Positions 60,434 through 64,000 of a DNA stretch of 64,000 nt are shown here, piece by piece. Source of the stretch: an uncultured Oscillospiraceae bacterium (GTDB lineage Bacteria; Bacillota; Clostridia; Christensenellales; CAG-138). The stretch lies in NCBI GenBank assembly GCA_964440115.1, contig CAYTPV010000007.1, positions 23,107-87,106 of the forward strand. The letters are read 5' to 3'. The notes beneath the pieces are model-generated. The model saw nothing but the letters and a program-made list of their open reading frames with translations. It was not told the origin of the DNA and searched no databases. A program made the position numbers and the translations under genes. The stretch's first letter is position 1. The number at the start of each line of letters is the position of its first letter.

Positions 60434-61757
60434 AGGATTATCCGGCAAACTGCAAAATATATTCAAAAAGCTGACCGGCCGCGGCAAGCTTTCCGATAAA
60501 GAAGTCAAAGAAGCCATGCGTGAGGTTAAACTCGCGCTGCTCGAAGCGGACGTCAACTTTATTGTCGTTAAGAAGTTCATTCAGGATGTCACGGACCGCG
60601 CAGTCGGGCAGGAAGTGCTCGAAAGCCTTACCCCGGGCCAACAGGTCATCAAAATCGTCAATGAGGAAATGACGCGCTTGATGGGCGGATCAAACGCGAG
60701 GCTGGAGTTCGGTTCCGCAACGCCTTCCGTCATACTCATGGCCGGCCTGCAGGGCGCGGGCAAAACCACAATGTGCGGCAAACTCGCGGCTTACCTCAAG
60801 AAGCAGTACGCAAAATCACCTTTGCTCGTCGCATGCGATATCTACCGCCCTGCGGCTATCAAACAGCTGCAGGTAGTTGGTGAAAAAGTGGGCGTTCCCG
60901 TGTTCGAACGCGGCCAGAATAACCCTGCCGACACTGCGCGCGAAGCCATCGAATACGCAAAAAAGAATTTTCACGACCTCGTGATACTGGATACCGCAGG
61001 TCGCCTGCACATCGACACCGATATGATGCAGGAACTGGTCGAAGTTAAGAATGCCGTTCGTCCGGCCGAGATACTGCTGGTAGTCGACGCCATGACAGGT
61101 CAGGATGCCGTCAATGTCGCAAAGACATTCAATGAGACGCTCGAATTGACGGGCGTCATACTGACAAAGCTCGATGGCGATACGCGCGGCGGCGCTGCAC
61201 TTTCGGTTCGTGCAGTTACGGGCAAGCCCATCAAGTTTTCGGGCGTAGGTGAAAAGCTGACGGATATCGAACCTTTTCATCCCGATCGCATGGCTTCACG
61301 TATACTCGGTATGGGCGACGTGCTTTCGCTCATTGAAAAGGCGCAGGCTAATTTTGATGAGAAAAAGGCCATGGAACTTGCCGAAAAGCTGCGCAAGGAT
61401 GCGTTTACGCTGGACGATTTTCTGGAACAGTTCCGTCAGGTCAAGAACATGGGCTCTTTGCAGGACATTCTTGGCATGGTGCCGGGCATGGACGCAAGCA
61501 AGCTTGGCAACGTGCAGGTGGATGAAAAGCAGATTGCCCGTATGGAAGCCATCATACTCTCTATGACCAAGGCAGAACGCAACAATCCGGATATTCTCAA
61601 CGCCGGAAGAAGGAAGCGCATAGCGCGCGGCAGCGGCACCAGTATTCAGGACGTCAACCGTCTGTTGAATCAGTTCGATGCTTCACGGAAAATGATGCGC
61701 CAGTTCGCCGGGGCAAAGGGCAAAAAAGGTCGCATGCGAATGCCCTTCCCGTTCTAA
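60423..61757 (+). CDS. ffh: Signal recognition particle protein
   Basis: ALLEADV, GLQGAGKTT, DTAGR, TKLDGD, M domain. Confidence 0.99.
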   Translation: MAFEGLSGKLQNIFKKLTGRGKLSDKEVKEAMREVKLALLEADVNFIVVKKFIQDVTDRAVGQEVLESLTPGQQVIKIVNEEMTRLMGGSNARLEFGSATPSVILMAGLQGAGKTTMCGKLAAYLKKQYAKSPLLVACDIYRPAAIKQLQVVGEKVGVPVFERGQNNPADTAREAIEYAKKNFHDLVILDTAGRLHIDTDMMQELVEVKNAVRPAEILLVVDAMTGQDAVNVAKTFNETLELTGVILTKLDGDTRGGAALSVRAVTGKPIKFSGVGEKLTDIEPFHPDRMASRILGMGDVLSLIEKAQANFDEKKAMELAEKLRKDAFTLDDFLEQFRQVKNMGSLQDILGMVPGMDASKLGNVQVDEKQIARMEAIILSMTKAERNNPDILNAGRRKRIARGSGTSIQDVNRLLNQFDASRKMMRQFAGAKGKKGRMRMPFPF

Positions 61758-61823
61758 AAATTTGCTGAAGCACGGCATAAGCCGTATTCAATATGTAAAA
61801 TGTAAAACCAGGAGGAAGAAACA

Positions 61824-62066
61824 ATGCTTAAGATCAGACTGCGCAGGATGGGCGCAAAGAAGGCTCCTTTTTACCGTGTTATCGTTGCTGATTCCCGCGC
61901 TCCGCGTGACGGCGCTTTCGTAGAAGAGATTGGTTATTACAATCCTCTTTCCAACCCCGCCGAAATCAAAGTCGATAATGAAAAGGCTGCCGATTGGATG
62001 AAGAAGGGCGCACAGCCTACGGATACCGTACGCGCGCTTCTGAAAAAGAGCGGTGCCATTCAATAA
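61824..62066 (+). CDS. rpsP: 30S ribosomal protein S16
   Basis: [23 protein letters not shown]. Confidence 0.99.
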   Translation: MLKIRLRRMGAKKAPFYRVIVADSRAPRDGAFVEEIGYYNPLSNPAEIKVDNEKAADWMKKGAQPTDTVRALLKKSGAIQ

Positions 62067-62145
62067 TGACAAAGCCTAAGGCTTTGTCTTGGCACATTAA
62101 TGAAATCCCGAAAAACCTGAGGGCCTTCGGGGAAGGAGAAATATC

Positions 62146-62373
62146 ATGCAGGAACTGGTGAGATTTATCGCCGTTAACCTGGTGGATAAGCCTGATGAGG
62201 TGAAGGTTGTCGTCAAAGAAGAAGCTGACGCTACCATCATCGAGCTTTCCGTAGCGCCGGACGATATGGGTAAGGTGATCGGGAAACAGGGCCGTATCGC
62301 AAAGGCAATCCGTACCGTGGTCAAAGCGGCTTCTGCCAGAGAAGACAAGAAATACATCGTGGAAATCGTCTGA
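62146..62373 (+). CDS. khpA: KH-domain RNA-binding protein
   Basis: DMGKVIGKQGRIAKAIR. Confidence 0.95.
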   Translation: MQELVRFIAVNLVDKPDEVKVVVKEEADATIIELSVAPDDMGKVIGKQGRIAKAIRTVVKAASAREDKKYIVEIV

Positions 62374-62888
62374 TGGAATACTACCGCATTGCCTGCATAT
62401 CGCGTCCGCATGGCGTGCAGGGTGGCGTCAGGCTGCAACCTCTGACCGACAATGTCGGACGCTTTAAGGGCTTGAAAGAAGCCTATTTAGAGCATAACGG
62501 GACATACCGGCTTGTGAAGCTTTCCGATATCGGCGTACAGCCGGATGCAGTCACTTTGCATATGGAAGGCGTGGATACGCGTGAGCAGGCTGAAAAGCTT
62601 CGCGATGCTTATCTGTGCGTGGATAAAGCGCACACCGTAAAGTTGCCGCCGGATACGTATTTTATAGCCGATTTGATCGGCTGTGAGGTTCTGGATACGA
62701 ACGGCGTTGTATACGGTCGATTGACAGACGTGCTCGAGACAGGCGCAAATGACGTGTATGTTGTGGAAGGGCCCCGAGGCATGATGCTGCCCGCGCTGAA
62801 AAAAGTGCTGCACGAAGTAGATGTGGAGCACAAACGCATTGTGGTTGATGCCGCAGTGCTCGAGGAGGTCGCGCTGTTTGCAGATTGA
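62373..62888 (+). CDS. rimM: Ribosome maturation factor
   Basis: PHGVQG, DLIGCEV, ETGANDVY. Confidence 0.96.
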   Translation: MEYYRIACISRPHGVQGGVRLQPLTDNVGRFKGLKEAYLEHNGTYRLVKLSDIGVQPDAVTLHMEGVDTREQAEKLRDAYLCVDKAHTVKLPPDTYFIADLIGCEVLDTNGVVYGRLTDVLETGANDVYVVEGPRGMMLPALKKVLHEVDVEHKRIVVDAAVLEEVALFAD

Positions 62889-63606
62889 CGTGCTGACGCT
62901 GTTTCCCGATATGTTTCCGGGCGTGCTCGGTGCGAGCATGCTGGGCCGCGCTGCGCAAAACAGTCTCCTTACCGTTGCGGTGCACGATATACGCGAGTAT
63001 TCCGATAACAAGCACCGCAAAGCCGACGATTATCCCTTCGGCGGCGGGGCTGGGCTGGTCATGATGGCGCAGCCCATATACGATTGCGTGGAGTCCGTGC
63101 TCAATGGAGAACCCGCGCGGCGCATACTGCTTTCGCCCCGCGGAAAGCTGCTGACTGTGGACTATGCAAGGGAACTTGCAAAAGAGCCGCGTCTGCTGTT
63201 GCTTTGTGGGCATTACGAAGGTGTGGACGAGCGTGTGATGGATATCATGGACGAAGAGGTATCCATTGGCGACTATGTGCTTACCGGCGGAGAACTGCCG
63301 GCGATGGTTCTCATAGACTGCGTCAGCCGTTTTATTCCCGGCGTGCTGGGATGCGGCGATTCTGCAGAAGAAGAATCGTTTTCGCAGGGTCTGCTCGAAT
63401 ATCCGCAGTATACGCGCCCGGCGGAATATCGCGGGAAGCGTGTGCCGGAAATACTTCTCAATGGGCATCATGCAAACATTCAGGCGTGGAGAAAAGCGCA
63501 GTCCGTAATCAAAACGCAGCAGAACCGTCCTGAACTGCTGCGGGGCATAACGCTAAGCCGTGCGGAACGAAAGATGCTTGAAGAAATTCAGGCAGAGGAA
63601 CCTTAA
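62878..63606 (+). CDS. trmD: tRNA (guanine37-N1)-methyltransferase
   Basis: TTG start; LTLFP, DDYPFGGGAG, CGHYEGVDER, SIGDYVLTGGE, YTRP. Confidence 0.97.
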   Translation: MQIDVLTLFPDMFPGVLGASMLGRAAQNSLLTVAVHDIREYSDNKHRKADDYPFGGGAGLVMMAQPIYDCVESVLNGEPARRILLSPRGKLLTVDYARELAKEPRLLLLCGHYEGVDERVMDIMDEEVSIGDYVLTGGELPAMVLIDCVSRFIPGVLGCGDSAEEESFSQGLLEYPQYTRPAEYRGKRVPEILLNGHHANIQAWRKAQSVIKTQQNRPELLRGITLSRAERKMLEEIQAEEP

Positions 63607-63641
63607 TGGCGGGGATAGCTCCCCGCATTAGGATAAATCTA

Positions 63642-63670
63642 TTGCCAACCAATATGTGCTGTGTTATAAT
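63642..63670 (+). promoter_or_regulatory. sigmaA promoter of rplS
   Basis: TTGCCA-17 bp-TATAAT with TG. Confidence 0.75.
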
Positions 63671-63676
63671 GGCGAA

Positions 63677-63740
63677 CGGACAACGGGCGGTCCTCTGTTC
63701 GTGAAAAAATACGGACACGAACGTCTATGAGGAAGGAGAA
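63677..63740 (+). ncRNA. Putative L19 leader (rplS autoregulatory RNA)
   Basis: gggcggtcctct motif, gttcgtg/cacgaac stem and cctc/gagg pairing just before the RBS, at the position where the Firmicutes L19 leader is known. Confidence 0.6.
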
Positions 63741-63749
63741 CAAATACAA

Positions 63750-64000
63750 ATGTCTGATATCATCCGCGAACTAGAAAAAGAACAAATCAGAACGGATCTG
63801 CCTGCGCTTAAAATCGGCGACTCTGTGCGCGTATTCGTCAAGGTTGTTGAAGGCAACCGTGAGCGTCTGCAGAACTTCGAGGGCGTCGTTATCAAAATGC
63901 AGGGCGGCGCTGTCCGTAAGAGCTTTACTGTCCGCCGCGTATCCTACGGTGTAGGCGTGGAGAGGACGTTCCCCTACAACAGCCCCCGTATCGGCCGCAT
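63750..64000 (+). CDS. rplS: 50S ribosomal protein L19 (3' truncated by window edge)
   Basis: [12 protein letters not shown]...[21 protein letters not shown]...GVGVERTFP. Confidence 0.97.
   Translation, partial: MSDIIRELEKEQIRTDLPALKIGDSVRVFVKVVEGNRERLQNFEGVVIKMQGGAVRKSFTVRRVSYGVGVERTFPYNSPRIGR

Overview
Chromosomal window from a spore-forming member of the Clostridia (inferred from a gerA/B/C-type operon, T-box, ylxM-ffh-rpsP-khpA-rimM-trmD-rplS and cdaA-cdaR). 1-6.4 kb: sugar/PTS region with a sorE-like dehydrogenase, two HPr paralogues, a Rieske oxygenase and a dhaKLM operon whose DhaM phosphorelay appears split into three genes. Two ~150-bp highly structured repeats lie here in inverted orientation. 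6.5-21.05 kb: an AT-rich ~14.5-kb integrative element inserted into the 3' end of the GAPDH gene (98-bp direct repeat, intact tyrosine integrase, candidate arm-binding motifs at both ends). It carries an orphan tRNA-Leu 3' half, a TetR / cheW-mcp / PAS-GGDEF / 9xPAS-GGDEF-HD-GYP signalling module, a serine resolvase, and debris of a large serine recombinase and a Lamassu-like SMC ATPase. 21-64 kb: mostly core genes (gap, aminopeptidase, fba, hpf, tcdA, pdxK, ABC-F, germination operon, cdaA-cdaR, 2-oxoacid:ferredoxin oxidoreductase, DEAD helicase, His T-box-hisS-aspS, trxA, fused serine dehydratase, ffh-rplS). This part also has a few oddities: a degenerate glycerate-kinase fusion, a 27-bp coding tandem repeat and an unannotated small ORF. 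No databases were searched; family calls come from recognised motifs.
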